Shown: one piece after another, positions 12,685 through 24,867 of the stretch | How positions within the stretch are numbered: the first letter of the stretch is position 1 | How the letters are laid out: every line of letters starts with the position of its first letter | Source: Squalus acanthias | Lineage: Eukaryota | DNA: 64,000 bases | Reading direction: 5' to 3' | Assembly: GCA_030390025.1 (NCBI GenBank) | Contig: CM059432.1 | Location: forward strand, 119,166,001-119,230,000 | Translations under genes and position numbers: made by a program | The notes under the pieces: generated by a model | The model's input: the letters and a program-made list of their open reading frames with translations, nothing else | The model's database searches: none | What the model was told of the DNA's origin: nothing

Positions 12685-15498
12685 ATGACCACTATCGACA
12701 CCACAAACTGCCGGCTCAAAGTGGAGAGAATCGCCAAGAAGATCGCGCATATCGACACCGACATCAAGTATCTACAGAGATGCAAGAAAGCAGACAAGAT
12801 CCCGAAAGGACTACAGATCACGAACCCACTCAAGTCGACATACAACACAGACTACGCTGAGAGACTCTGCCGTCGTACCTCTCGCACACTCCTCAACCAT
12901 CTCGTACACCAGCTCTACAGCAAACGCCACAACCTCGAAACCAAGATAGAGTCCATGCTCTCAGCCTGTGCTCAGGACACAGCAGACCAGTTACGAGACA
13001 CCACCAAACAGACGAGGCAACGGAACTACGCTGCCTACATACGCATCAAGAACAGGAAGCTTGAGAAACTCGGCATCACCACCAGCAGCAACCAAGCCTC
13101 CCCCGGTACCACGGCTGCAACCACAGGGAAGTCCATCGTCAACTTGTCCGACCATACGCTTCAACCAGACGAAATCGAAGTTCTCGCCCTAGGGCTCAAG
13201 TTCTGCCCAACCACCAAAATGGACCCCATCGGCCTCGCGGCAGACACGGAGGAATTCATCAGGAGAATGAGGCTTCGGGAATACTTCCACAAATCCCAAG
13301 ATGTCAGCAACAAACCCAATGAGACAATCAATGATCCAGAACAGCAGACAGAGGGACTCGCAGTGCAGCAACCGAAGAAAAAAGAGTCAAACTGGACCCC
13401 TCCGGAGGGTCGCTGCCCCAAGCTTGACATGTATGCTCAAGCTGTCAGGAGATGCATCAACGCCAGATTCATCAGCCGCACTCACAAGACAGTCCAGAAT
13501 GTCACCCGAGCACAACGCAACGCCATCCACGCTCTCAAGACCAACCGCAACATTGTCATCAAACCAGCGGACAAAGGAGGAGCCATCGTCATACAGAACA
13601 GAACGGACTATTGTAAAGAAGCATACCGACAACTGGACAACCAGGAACACTACAGACAGCTACCTGCAGATCCGACCAAAGAACACACCCGCCAACTCAA
13701 TAGACTGATCAAGACCTTCGATCCAGACCTTCAAAACATCCTACGCGCTCTCATCCCACGTAATCCCCGCGTGGGAGACTTCTACTGCCTCCCAAAGATA
13801 CACAAAGCCAACACACCCGGACGTCCTATCGTATCAGGCAATGGAACCCTGTGTGAGAACCTCTCTGGATACGTCGAGGGCATTCTGAAACCCATCGTAC
13901 AGGGAACCCCCAGCTTCTGTCGCGACACTACAGACTTCTTACAGAAACTCAGCACCCACGGACCAGTTGAACCAGGAACACTCCTTGCCACGATGGACGT
14001 ATCGGCACTCTACACCAGTATCCCCCACGATGACGGCATCGCTGCAACAGCCTCAGTACTCAACATCAACAACAGCCAATCTCCAGACGCCATCCTACAA
14101 CTCATCCGCTTCATCCTTGACCACAATGTCTTCACCTTCGACAACCATTTTTTTACCCAAACACACGGAACAGCCATGGGGACCAAATTCGCACCCCAAT
14201 ACGCCAACATCTTCATGCACAAGTTCGAGCAAGACTTCTTCGCTGCACAGGACCTCCAGCCAACGCTGTATACCAGATACATCGACGACATTTTCTTCCT
14301 TTGGACCCATGGCGAAGGATCACTGAAAAGACTACACGATAACATAAACATGTTCCATCCCACCATCAAACTCACCATGGACTACTCCTCAGAATCAGTC
14401 TCATTCCTGGACACACGAATCTCCATCAAAGACGGACACCTCAGCACTTCACTCTACCGCAAGCCCACGGACAACCTCACGATGCTCCACTTCTCCAGCT
14501 TCCACCCTAACCATGTTAAAGAAGCCATCCCCTATGGACAAGCCCTGCAAATACACAGGATCTGCTCAGACGAGGAGGAACGCGATGGACACCTACGGAC
14601 GCTGAAAAACGCCCTCGTAAGAACGGGATATGACGCTCGACTCATCGATCGACAGTTCCGACGGGCCACAGCGAAAAATCGCATAGACCTCCTCAGAAGG
14701 CAAACACGGGACACAACCAACAGGGTACCCTACGTCGTCCAGTACTTCCCCGGAGCGGAGAAACTACGCCATGTTCTTCGCAGCCTTCAACATGTCATCG
14801 ATGACGACAAACACCTCGCTAAGGCCATCCCCACGCCTCCACTACTTGCCTTCAAACAGCCGCCTAACCTCAGAAGTACCATCGTTCGCAGCAAATTACC
14901 CAGCTTTCAGGATAACAGCGACCACGACACCACACAACCCTGCCATGGCAAACTCTGCAAGACATGCCAGATCATCAACACAGATACCACCATCACACGT
15001 GAGGACACTACCCACCAGGTACATGGTACATACTCATGTGACTCGGCCAACGTTGTCTACCTCATACGTTGCAGGAAAGAATGCACCGCGGCATGGTACA
15101 TCGGCGAGACCATGCAGACACTGAGACAACGTATGAACGAGCACCGCGCAACAATCGCCAGGCAGGATTGTTACCTCCCAGTCGGGGAACACTTCAGCAG
15201 TCAAGGACATTCAGCCTCGGATCTGCGGGTAAGCGTTCTCCAAGGCAACCTTAGAAACACACGACAACGCAAAATCATCGAGCAGAAACTGATAGCCAAG
15301 TTCCGCACTCATGAAGACGGTCTCAATCGGGATCTTGGGTTTAATGTCACGATACATGACGTGATCCGGACTCGAGTCGTCGTTAGCTTGTTCACAGATG
15401 TGATTCCCAGTAAAAAAGTAAAAATGTTCCCAGTAAAAAAGTTAAAAAATGTTAAAGCTTTTCGTTTTACATACAGACGGCAGCTTTTGACACGTTAG
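12685..15498 (+). CDS. Full-length Penelope-like polyprotein (N-terminal domain, RT, Cys linker, GIY-YIG endonuclease)
   Basis: First ATG at 12685; IVIKPADKGG, RYIDD, YIGET; a 1-nt insertion near 15343 relative to the upstream copy shifts the last codons (homologous stop at 15364). Confidence 0.95.
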   Translation: MTTIDTTNCRLKVERIAKKIAHIDTDIKYLQRCKKADKIPKGLQITNPLKSTYNTDYAERLCRRTSRTLLNHLVHQLYSKRHNLETKIESMLSACAQDTADQLRDTTKQTRQRNYAAYIRIKNRKLEKLGITTSSNQASPGTTAATTGKSIVNLSDHTLQPDEIEVLALGLKFCPTTKMDPIGLAADTEEFIRRMRLREYFHKSQDVSNKPNETINDPEQQTEGLAVQQPKKKESNWTPPEGRCPKLDMYAQAVRRCINARFISRTHKTVQNVTRAQRNAIHALKTNRNIVIKPADKGGAIVIQNRTDYCKEAYRQLDNQEHYRQLPADPTKEHTRQLNRLIKTFDPDLQNILRALIPRNPRVGDFYCLPKIHKANTPGRPIVSGNGTLCENLSGYVEGILKPIVQGTPSFCRDTTDFLQKLSTHGPVEPGTLLATMDVSALYTSIPHDDGIAATASVLNINNSQSPDAILQLIRFILDHNVFTFDNHFFTQTHGTAMGTKFAPQYANIFMHKFEQDFFAAQDLQPTLYTRYIDDIFFLWTHGEGSLKRLHDNINMFHPTIKLTMDYSSESVSFLDTRISIKDGHLSTSLYRKPTDNLTMLHFSSFHPNHVKEAIPYGQALQIHRICSDEEERDGHLRTLKNALVRTGYDARLIDRQFRRATAKNRIDLLRRQTRDTTNRVPYVVQYFPGAEKLRHVLRSLQHVIDDDKHLAKAIPTPPLLAFKQPPNLRSTIVRSKLPSFQDNSDHDTTQPCHGKLCKTCQIINTDTTITREDTTHQVHGTYSCDSANVVYLIRCRKECTAAWYIGETMQTLRQRMNEHRATIARQDCYLPVGEHFSSQGHSASDLRVSVLQGNLRNTRQRKIIEQKLIAKFRTHEDGLNRDLGFNVTIHDVIRTRVVVSLFTDVIPSKKVKMFPVKKLKNVKAFRFTYRRQLLTR

Positions 15499-15696
15499 AA
15501 CCCCTGCGACTACACCTCATTGTCTCAGTTGTATCTTGCTATGTCTTTGATGTGGTACCTTCCTGGCTGACTTAATTAACTTTATCACACCTCGGCAGAT
15601 AGTCAGGATGATTTAATTTATTGGTCTGCAATTGTAAAGTACACATGCTTTGTTTTCCATCTATATATGCTTTGGAGATTCTGTATCTAATTTACT

Positions 15697-15739
15697 TCAC
15701 CTGAGGAAGGAGCAAATCGATAGCTCCGAAAGCTTGTGA
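15697..15739 (+). ncRNA. Minimal type I hammerhead ribozyme
   Basis: Identical to 12555-12597. Confidence 0.85.
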
Positions 15740-15824
15740 TTTCAAATAAAACTGTTGGACTATAACCTGGTGTTGTGCGACCTCTCAATTTTGTCCACCC
15801 CAGTCCAACACCGGCATCTCCGCA

Positions 15825-16060
15825 AAATGTATTCACACAGAGATTTGTTAGAGCATGGAATATTTTGCCACAGGAAGTAGCTGATGCACAGACCATTGCA
15901 TTTTTTAAGGGAAGAGTAGATAAACATTTGAAGCAGAAGAAGATGCACAGCTATGGGGAGAGGGCAGAGTCATGGGATTAGATTGGAATTGTTCTAGCAT
16001 AGAACTGACGCGAGCATGAAGACTCAAATAGCCCTGTGCTGCAAACTTCAATAGTTCTAT
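15825..16060 (+). mobile_element. CR1 3' end, right part
   Basis: FTQRFVRAWNILPQEVADA..FKGRVDKHL. Confidence 0.8.
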
Positions 16061-16219
16061 ACTATATTTCAGTGGTCTATATTTATATACAGTACTATTG
16101 TATATAAAATGAATACTACTAGATACTTATCTAGACAAAAGTTTTGAGATTCTCCATCACAAATCAGGCATCACACTTCAAAAGTGTCAACAGTATTAAA
16201 GAAAAGAGATATAAAAGCA

Positions 16220-16382
16220 AAATAACAACAGAAAACGCTGGAAAAACTCAGCAGGCGACACAGCATCCGTGGAGAGAGAAACACGGATGTTTCTCTCTCC
16301 ACGGATGCTGCCTCGCCTGCTGAGTTTTTCCAGCGTTTTCTGTTGTTATTTCAGATTTCCAGCATCTGCAGTATTTTGCTAT
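16220..16382. mobile_element. Fold-back insertion, probably a Penelope-type terminal repeat remnant, with 15-bp TSD
   Basis: About 64-bp near-perfect arms 16220-16284 / 16288-16351; AGATATAAAAGCAAA at 16207-16221 and 16383-16397; related sequence at 33320-33440. Confidence 0.7.
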
Positions 16383-16711
16383 AGATATAAAAGCAAACCT
16401 GACCTGGAAATGTTTTAATTTACCTTCCAACCTGTAAATTTCTCTCAGCAAATTGATTGACCTCAGACAACATTTGCTTACAAGAATCAGATCATGTGGC
16501 CATAAAAGGATAGCTTAAACACAGCTTCACTTTAGCAACAGAATCATACATTGTGTGTTGCATGGTATAACATGCCTGTCGTACTAAAACAGCCAGTCAG
16601 TAGACCAAGAGCAATTCCACAGGAGATCTGCAACTACACATAAAAGTGAAATGATGATATATTTTCAGTACACAAAGAAATTCTCATACATCTTTGATTG
16701 GTTGATCAATT

Positions 16712-16785
16712 GATCTATCTATCTATCTCTCTCTCTCTCTCTCTCTATATCTCTCTGTCTATCTGTCTATCAATCTCTCTGTCAA
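16712..16785. repeat. (TCTA)n/(TC)n microsatellite
   Basis: Directly visible. Confidence 0.9.
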
Positions 16786-17617
16786 TCTTTTTTTATTGTG
16801 TTTGTTAAGATTTTCTGTAAGTAGGAATTAGAACAGTTTATTCGTAGCTTGGCTGCTTCAACTCATGCCCATATATCCATGATAAATCCATGTTGATTGA
16901 CTTGTCAGAAATTATATGAACATCTTTGCTTCGTTTCTGGGTGACTCTTCAATAACAAAAGGATTGACATGTGCTTCCCCCTAGTGCTGAGTGATCTCAA
17001 GCTCACAAAAGGGCATATAGCATTTCTACACATCAAACGTCAAGTCACTGGGGAAGTCGGGTCATTATTAATCATCCCGGGGCACACTCTGCCCGAAGAA
17101 CTAGCTGTGCTGCAATCAGGCATGTAGACTAGCAATATTGTGAATGTCATGTCTATTTACTCTGACAGCATGAAACATGAAACAACCACTGCAATTGTCA
17201 TCTACGAATCATTGACCTCATCTTACATGTTCAGAGCCATTGGCATTGTTTTATGAGGTAAGAATTTAGGACATGCTTGTCAGTCACTCAAAAAGACAAA
17301 CAACTATCAGTGCGGAAAAAAGTAACTTTTCAGTATCAAATAAGGCCCCTATCCAGATATTCAGTGTTTTGAAAACTACTGTGGTTTAATTTCTACGATG
17401 AGATATTTGTCCTGAAAGTTTTATTACTGTTTGATATGGTACCTAGTATGTTTATCATTTAATGAATAGAAAAGGTCTGTCTACTAGGCTTTTACACTAA
17501 AACTACACCAGGGAGTGGCAGAGGTGTGCCATCTGTTGTACAGACACCTGAAGACAACATGCACCACATGGACGGCACTGCCAGTCACAGTCAAGGTCAC
17601 CACTCCTCTCAACTAAA

Positions 17618-18222
17618 AGAAAAAAAGACTTGCATTTATATAGTGCCTTTCACGACCACCGGACGTCTCAAAGTGCTTTACAGCCAATTAAGTACTTTTG
17701 GAGTGTAGTCACTGTTGTAATGTGGGAAATGCGCACAGCAATGTGATAATGACCAGATAATCTGTTTTTGTTATGTTGGTTGAGGGATAAATATATTGGC
17801 CAGGACACCGGGGATAACTCCCCTGCTCTTCTTCAAAATAGTACCATGGGATCTTTTATGTCCACCTGAGAGGGCAGACAGGGCCTCGGTTTAACATCTC
17901 ATCCGAAAGACGGCGCTTTTGTTTATTTGTTTATGGGATGTGGACGTCGCTGGCAAGGCCAGCATTTATTGCCCATCCCTAATTTCTTGAACCGCTGCAG
18001 TCTGTGTGGTGAAGGTCCTCCCACAGTGCTTTTAGGTTGGGAGTTCCAGGATTTTGACCCAGTGACGATGAAGGATCGGCGATATACCTCCAGCAGTGCA
18101 GCACTCCCTCAGTACTGCACTGTCAGCCTAGCTTTATGTGCTCAAGTCCCTGGAGTGGGACTTGAACTCACAACCTTTTGACTCAGAGGTGAGTGTGCTA
18201 CCAACTGAGCCACAGCTGACAC
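17618..18222 (-). mobile_element. Deu-domain SINE with a nested retroposon tail (about 17918-18085)
   Basis: Reverse complement of the SINE at 27152-27587; the insert is the reverse complement of the ..ATTAGGGATGGGCAATAAATG.. tail seen at 50030. Confidence 0.8.
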
Positions 18223-19444
18223 TAGTGGTAGACTAGCACTTACCTTGATCTTGGGGTGGCCTCGGACTTCACCCTGCCCCATTGTATCTGTGTTGAGTCT
18301 GAATGATTTTGAGGGTTGCCTCTTTGAAGTGATTCAATGAATTCATATGCTGGGGCCCTCCTTCTGTGTTGGTGTGCTTCCTTCTGTTAACTGCTATCCT
18401 GTCCTGCAAGAAGAAAAGTAGTCTTGAGATGTTAGAACTGTCAGAAGCACACATGGTGAACCTAAGTGCCCCACCTGAATCCCAACGTTTGTGTAAGCAA
18501 ATGAACATGAATCATGCAGCTAGGTTTATTTGGAAGAATTCCTGTGTGCATTCCTTTAAAGATGCAAGTGTTGCACACTTCCAATTGTAAGTGACAGCTG
18601 GAAAGCATGTCCTATTGTAATATTTCCATTCATGTTAAGCAATTAAAAAGTTCTAAAGCTGTCTGAGTGCTTTACATGGGGCATCAGTCAATCCCTAACA
18701 AGTTGCAAGGAAGCATTCATAGGTTACCCACCTAAGGTAGATGCGTAAAGTGGGTCATTGGTTGGAAAACTTGTACTGCATCTGCTTTCATGTCTTCGGA
18801 GTTTTAAAGACAGTATTGAGCCTTCTTCTGGGCACTCTGTACCACACTCCCGTGGGGGAAGTGCCTTGCAGTGTCAAACAGGGGATCTCTCCTTTTGCTC
18901 ACTTCCTGAACAAGCAGTTCTACAGCTGCATCGGTAAAGGCGGGTATTCTTCACAGCCATTGGTCCACAAGTTGATAGAGATGATTGAGTTCAATGTTCC
19001 CTGTCAACAACACACTTTAAATGGCTGTTATAACCCTTTAGGTAGCTGCAGCACCACACCACTCCGCAAACTTCCAGCGGTAGGCAGATTGAACACTAAG
19101 AACTCACGTGGAATAAGTAAGTAGCTTCGAATTGGAAGTTATAGTGGTAATGGTAGGTAGATGCATAATTTACTTTGCACCATTTTCACAGCAGGAGCAA
19201 CCCACACATCAAAAAGTCCATTCTATTGTGCCTATCTATGTTTAAAATGGTTATTATTTACGTGACTGATTTTTGCAGCTAGGGGTGTAACATCTCTGGC
19301 ATAATGTTTCAATCAGGATTATCTATAATCTTAGCAGGAGAAACCATTAAAGGAGCAGGGGCAATAAACACTTGTTAGTTCACATTCTGTTCCATGTTAG
19401 ATCCCTCACATAGACAGGCTCAAGTCACCAAAAACTTAACATTA

Positions 19445-19610
19445 TCCTTAACATTAAAACCTACCATTTTGACCAAGCTTCTGGTCACCTGTCCTGATAT
19501 CTCATGATGCGGCTCAGTTTCAAATTTTGTTTGATAATCGCTCCTGTGCAGCGCCTTGGGATATTTTACTACATTAAAGGCACTACATAAATGCAAGTTG
19601 TTGTTGTTGT
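19445..19610 (+). mobile_element. L2 LINE 3' end
   Basis: Matches reverse complement of 35689-35850; ends (GTT)n. Confidence 0.8.
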
Positions 19611-20627
19611 ACAATTGCTAACCCTTCCCACGGAGTGGTGTGGCAGCCACTGTCAGTGCAGTAATGGACCCAAGATTAAATAACATCACTAAAACGAATA
19701 CAGAAATATCATACAAAGTAACACATATCCTGGATTGATGCTCGGCCTGAACCATGGTCATTTTTTGCCAAAATCAACAGTGACTACACTTCAAAAATTA
19801 TTAACTGGCTCTGAAGCACTCTGTGACATCCTGAGGATGTGAAAGACACAAGCTATTTCTTTCTTTAACATTTTGGCAACAGCATAACTATCATGAAAAT
19901 AAACGATGATTTGAAAAGCTACTGCTATGGATGCCAACCTGTTACTCAATGGCAAAGCACTGTAATGGTGGGAAACATATGACAAACTAACTTTAATCCA
20001 AATATTCTAAATTAGACCAAATGTGGATCTTTTAAAAAAAAATACTCGTAACAGCCAAATTTGGTTCACTTAAATATTTAAATTTAGATTTGGCGCGATC
20101 TCAACTCAGAACAAAATGATACTAAAATTACCAATGTTGCGGTGGGTTTTACAATCCTGAAGTTGGCACAATGGGGTGGTGGACAAACAATTCTGCGGCA
20201 CCCACAGCAAGCAATTTACAACAGCCACAGTTATGAGAATGTGACTTGCTAATGAAGTCTCTGATCAACAGTTTATGGCATACGGGTCATTGCGCTCTGA
20301 GGCACGCACACTGAGTCCTTTGTGAAAAGCGAGGCTTAAAATGCCAATGTGCTGTATTGCAATCCAGCTGGCTCTTGTAATTGTGACTAGTGAAGCAAGT
20401 AATGTGTCAACCAGAAATCTTTCTTTGTGGGAAGTCTAAGCTACTTAACAGCTGTATATGTTATCCCTATGGCCAGGCTAGTGAGAATTGGGAGTGTTAC
20501 ACTGCATTAAAGATTTCTGTGATGGGAAAACTATCTGAGTCATGAATGAACATTTCTATGACATTCGTTACATTCCTGGGTTGTCCTTGCCATTGCAGGA
20601 AAGAAACTGTGAAGATTCCAGTCTTTG

Positions 20628-20898
20628 GTGTTGGCCATGGCTCAGTGGTAGCATTCTTGCCTCTGAGTCAGAAGATTGTGGGTTCCGAGAATTGAGCACA
20701 AAATCTCAGCTGCCACTTTGTGCAGTACAGAAGGAGTGCTGCACTGTCAGAGGTGCCGTCTTTCAGATGAGATTTTAAACCGTCTGCTCTCTCAGATGGA
20801 TGTAGAAGATCCCATGGCACTATTTTGAAGAAGAACAGGGGAGTTATCCCCAGTGCCCTGGCCAATATTTATCCCTCAACCAACATCACTGCAACAGA
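20628..20898 (+). mobile_element. Deu-domain SINE, 5' part (split by Harbinger)
   Basis: tRNA-like head TGGCTCAGTGGTAGCA..GGGTTC, Deu core AGATCCCATGGCACTATTT; continues at 24868. Confidence 0.85.
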
Positions 20899-21217
20899 GG
20901 GGGTTAAATTGGATAGCCCTCAAAAAATGGGCGCGGGGATTGCGATGCACGATTACACCACGCCCGTTCAATATAATGCAGGCAGCTCACCATCCTCGTG
21001 CTGCCTGCTCATTATCATGATTTCTGCGAGCAGTCAGTGCTAACCGCAATGTTCATTGGCTGCACGCATCAGAAGGAGCCCAATATGGTTACATGCTAGC
21101 ACTACTTAAAGCGGGCCTGCACTGTTTAAAGCTAGTCTGCACCTCTTAAAGGGAAAGTGCATTGTGGCTTATGGAGGGGCTGACATCATTCGGAATAGCA
21201 CGGTGCAACAAAAAACA

Positions 21218-23093
21218 ATGGATAATCATGGGAGAGAGCGTGCACTAAGATTTTAGGACGCTGCACTGGAGTTCTTGGTGGAGGAGGTAGAAAGGAGGAG
21301 AGATGTCCTGTATCTGCAGGGGGCAGGAGGTCCTCCAGACAGACAATGAGAAGGCAGTGGGAACAGATAGCCGCGGAGGTCAATGCCAGGAGCTTAGCCC
21401 CGAGGACCATTGCTGTACTGCAGGATGTTTAATGACCTCACACGAGTGGTCAGGGTCAATGAATGCATCTTCAAATGCCATATCCTACCAACTGCTCCAC
21501 TAGCCTCTGCCACTGCTCAATTCATCACACCTCATCACTCACCTACCAACAAACTCTATCAATCAGGACTCATACCTCACATTCACCTCACTCTCACACA
21601 CTTGTCACTGTTGGAAGCCTCACACACACATCTCACACCTTGCACACACTACTAGCTATTCAACCATGACAGCCACATCACCCAAATAGATTGCACCACA
21701 CTCACTGACATACTTCCCTCTCTCTTGCAGGAGAATGTGGCGCAACAACTGGAGGCAGCAGGAGCTAACCGGAGGGGGACAGGCATACCTGCATGTTCTA
21801 ACCCCCATGAAGGAGACAGTGCTGGCCATTATTGGAATGGCCATTGCTGAGCTATGACCAGTGGTGGTGCTGAATCCTTTGAAGATGACGGTATCCTCAG
21901 ATCTGATCTTCCTTCTCACATCCCACTTTCCCCTCAACCCAAAATCTCTTCTGACTTACAAACTACAGATGGTGCAAGCATGCACCTCTTACTATCCCCC
22001 TCCCCTCACCACAACCTTACCCTTGTGCCTTTTTCCTTTCAGATACCCAAGAGTTGCAACCTGGCCAGGTAGTGGAAGAAGACCAAGAAGACAGTGATGA
22101 TGAAGACACACCTTGATTTCACACTCGCAGCCACCAGCTCAGATACTGACACTGCACATATCTTAGAGGGTAGCACAGAGGCAGGATTTGCACATTGTGA
22201 GACACAGGGCGCAAGTGGGCTGCAGCCAGGGAATGGGGCATGGGACAGCTCCCAGCTCGCCGGAGGGCGAGGTCGCACATGAGTTCTGCTGCAGAGGACT
22301 CAGATGACGACTTCAATGGGCCAGGCTAAAGAAGAAGGTTGATGGGTATACACAACAAAATGCTTGGTGCACTGGGAAGCCTGCCAGAAGGCCTGCGCTC
22401 CATGTCAAGGAACATAGAGGAGTCCGGCACCAACTTGGCACAGGGCTTTGTGCAGAGCTTGGAGCTCAGAATTTTCAGCATGAAACTAGTGGCCAACTCC
22501 ATCAACACACGCGTGTACCCAACCATAATGCAGCATCTGATGGGCGATGTCTCAGCTTCCATTGCAGCACAAGCAACAGCCACCAAAATTCTGAGTGCCG
22601 TAATGGAACCTCAGACTGATTTCATGCAAGGTCAGCTTGCTGCTATCATGGCTGTGGACATCAGTGTTCAATGGGAGTTGCAGGGTGTCACAGCAGTCCA
22701 GCAATCTGTCCTCCAACAGATTACTAGGACTGCTGAGACACCGCCCAGGCAGAGTGGCAGTGGCTCCATGGAGCATAAACCTGCAGTCCTCTCTCGGGAT
22801 GACAGTATTCGTGATCCAACTGCTGCCACTCCACCAGTGATCCTGCTGTTGCCTGTCAGCCAGCCAGCCCAGACTGCTGCCGCCCGCCCATGCCGAGATG
22901 GTGCAGTCTGATGCCGGGCCCTCTAGGCCCAGAGCTGCCCGAGGTCGCCCTCCAAGGCTATCTGCAGTCTCCTCCACGGAATGTCGGCAGCCTTCCACCA
23001 GCCATGCTGCAGCCACTGGGGAAGTACTGTGTAGGAGCACTAGGACAGGCAAAGGCACACGAAAGACAGGCACTAAGGGAATGCACAGGGTGA
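21218..23093 (+). pseudogene. Harbinger Myb/SANT-like protein gene, about 3 exons, frameshifted
   Basis: Exon 1 encodes DAALEFLVEEVERRRDVLY..WEQIAAEVNA..FNDLTRVVR; acceptors CTCTCTTGCAG (21730) and CCTTTCAG (22042); coiled-coil-like ORF 22339-22911. Confidence 0.75.
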
Positions 23094-23261
23094 TTAGTTT
23101 AAGTCTGTATGCAATATGGCATGATTTACTTTATAAATTTGGTTTGCAATGTTTATTTGTGTTTTATTTTTGCATTGTGGCCAAGAGGACGATGTGATGG
23201 TCAGTGACATAGGAAAGGTACGGAGTGTGGGACTGTTGGTGATTGGGGTTCAGGTTACTGG

Positions 23262-24397
23262 TATCACACTTGAATTAGTTCTTCACGAACAGCCTAGGCA
23301 GAAAGGGGCTGTCTAAGTTGCAGCCTCCCTTCCTCTTCCTCCTCCTCCTCCTCTTGCTCCTGCTACTCAGCTTCTCACCTGATAAGTAGTGACAAGGGCT
23401 GTTCCCTAATGATAGCAAGGTTGTGCAGCATGCAGCATACCACCACAAATCTTGAGACCCGCTCAGCCGAGTACTGCAGAGCTCTTCCAGAGCGGTCCAG
23501 GCAACTAAAGCATTGTTTCAACACGCCAATGGTCTGCTCTGTCACATTTCTTGTGGCAGCATGGCTCTCATTGTATGCACGCTGCGCTCGTGTGCATGGG
23601 TTGCGAACCAGTGTCATGAGCCATGTTGTCAGCGGATAGCCTTTTGGTTTGCCGTGGTGGCTGAAATACATCTGGCACAACGGACTGCCGCAGAATGAAG
23701 GCATCATGACTGCTGCCAGGATATTGGGCATTGACCTGCATGATTCGCTACCTATGGTCACACACCAGCTGCACGTAGAGGGAGTGGAATCCCTTTTGGT
23801 TCCAGTACATGGCAGAGTTGACATGCGGTGCCAGCAAAGCAATGTGCATGCAGTCAATGGCACCCTGCACTATGGGGAAGCCTATAACCCTTGCAACCCC
23901 TCGTGCTCGCTTTGCCTGCTTCTCTCTGGCAAGAGAGAATGAAATGAAGTTATCTCTCTTTGCATAGAGAGCCTCAGTGACGTCCCTTATGCAACAGTGG
24001 ACTGCAAACTGCGAGACATTGATAATATCTCCAGTAGCAGCCTAGAAGGATCCAGTTGCATAAAAGTTTATAGCCCCGGTCACCTTCACAGCCACTGGCA
24101 ATGCTGTCCTTGGCCTGCTCTGAGGTTGCAGTTGTGGGTGCAACAGGCGGCAGATTTCAGTGATGACCTCCTTAGTGAAGCACAGATGTCTCAAACATTG
24201 ATCGTTGCTGAGGTTCAGGTAGGAGATTTGCTCCCTGAACACCCTGGGCAGATATGGTCTCCTGCTGAGAGCCCTTCTCCCCCTCCTCCTCCTCCCTCTT
24301 CTAGCAGCTTGTCCTGCTCTGCATGACCTCTGCTCATTCTCCCAGTCATGCTCTGTTCCAAGGGGATGCCTACCAGTGCACCCATGTCTGGGAGCAA
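23262..24397 (-). pseudogene. Harbinger DDE transposase (HARBI1-like), frameshifts and stops
   Basis: [66 protein letters not shown], acidic C-terminus. Confidence 0.92.
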
Positions 24398-24867
24398 CTG
24401 GTTTATGCAGAAGCCTTGAAGTCAGTAAAAAGTCCATCAGCAACTGCCACACCACTCCCTGTAGACTTTGACACTTGAACTAACTACAGAAAGCACCTAA
24501 CACTTGTAGAATTATTACAACAGCCAGAAGAAATCAACCAGCAACTAACCTGTAAGTAGTTGATGAACCCTTTAAATAGGTGGGAGGTCCTTCCTGCTGC
24601 TTAACGTCATGTTCAGCTGTGCGAGGTTAATAGGGGGTGTCGGCTGGAGCGTTGAGCTCCAAAATGGCAGCGCTGGCGTCAAATCAGCATTGCTCTGCAT
24701 ACATCTGGCGAACGTTAAGTGCGCTCATGTTAACTCCTTTACCAATATTGTGTCTGGCATGCTTCGCATCAGGTGAGTGCACGTGCACCCCACACACCAT
24801 TTTGGAACCCTAAGGGCATCTGTAGCGCCCAAAAAACGGGCGCTACCAAGCCCAATTTCTTGCCCCC

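Larger units (their letters stand above)
10265..15824 (+). mobile_element. Penelope-like retroelement insertion (Neptune-like): inverted terminal repeat, 5'-truncated copy and full-length copy
   Basis: 10265-10582 is the reverse complement of the 3' repeat; tandem period about 3142 bp; TSD GCAAAATGTATTCA at 10253-10266 and 15822-15835. Confidence 0.95.
20899..24867. mobile_element. PIF/Harbinger DNA transposon, structurally complete but decayed
   Basis: Imperfect TIRs GGGGGTTAAATTGG / CCAATTTCTTGCCCCC; convergent Myb-like (+) and DDE transposase (-) genes; splits a SINE. Confidence 0.9.

Noticed and set aside
10538..15254. Many short alternative-frame and antisense ORFs
   Set aside because: Shadows of the Penelope ORF, duplicated with the tandem copy
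18730..18960. Ancient Myb-like remnant on the minus strand
   Set aside because: Only a weak KT*KQMQYKF resemblance with stops; too degraded to call
23262..24455. Host HARBI1 gene
   Set aside because: Stops and frameshifts, paired with a Myb gene inside TIRs and inserted in a SINE: a transposon copy
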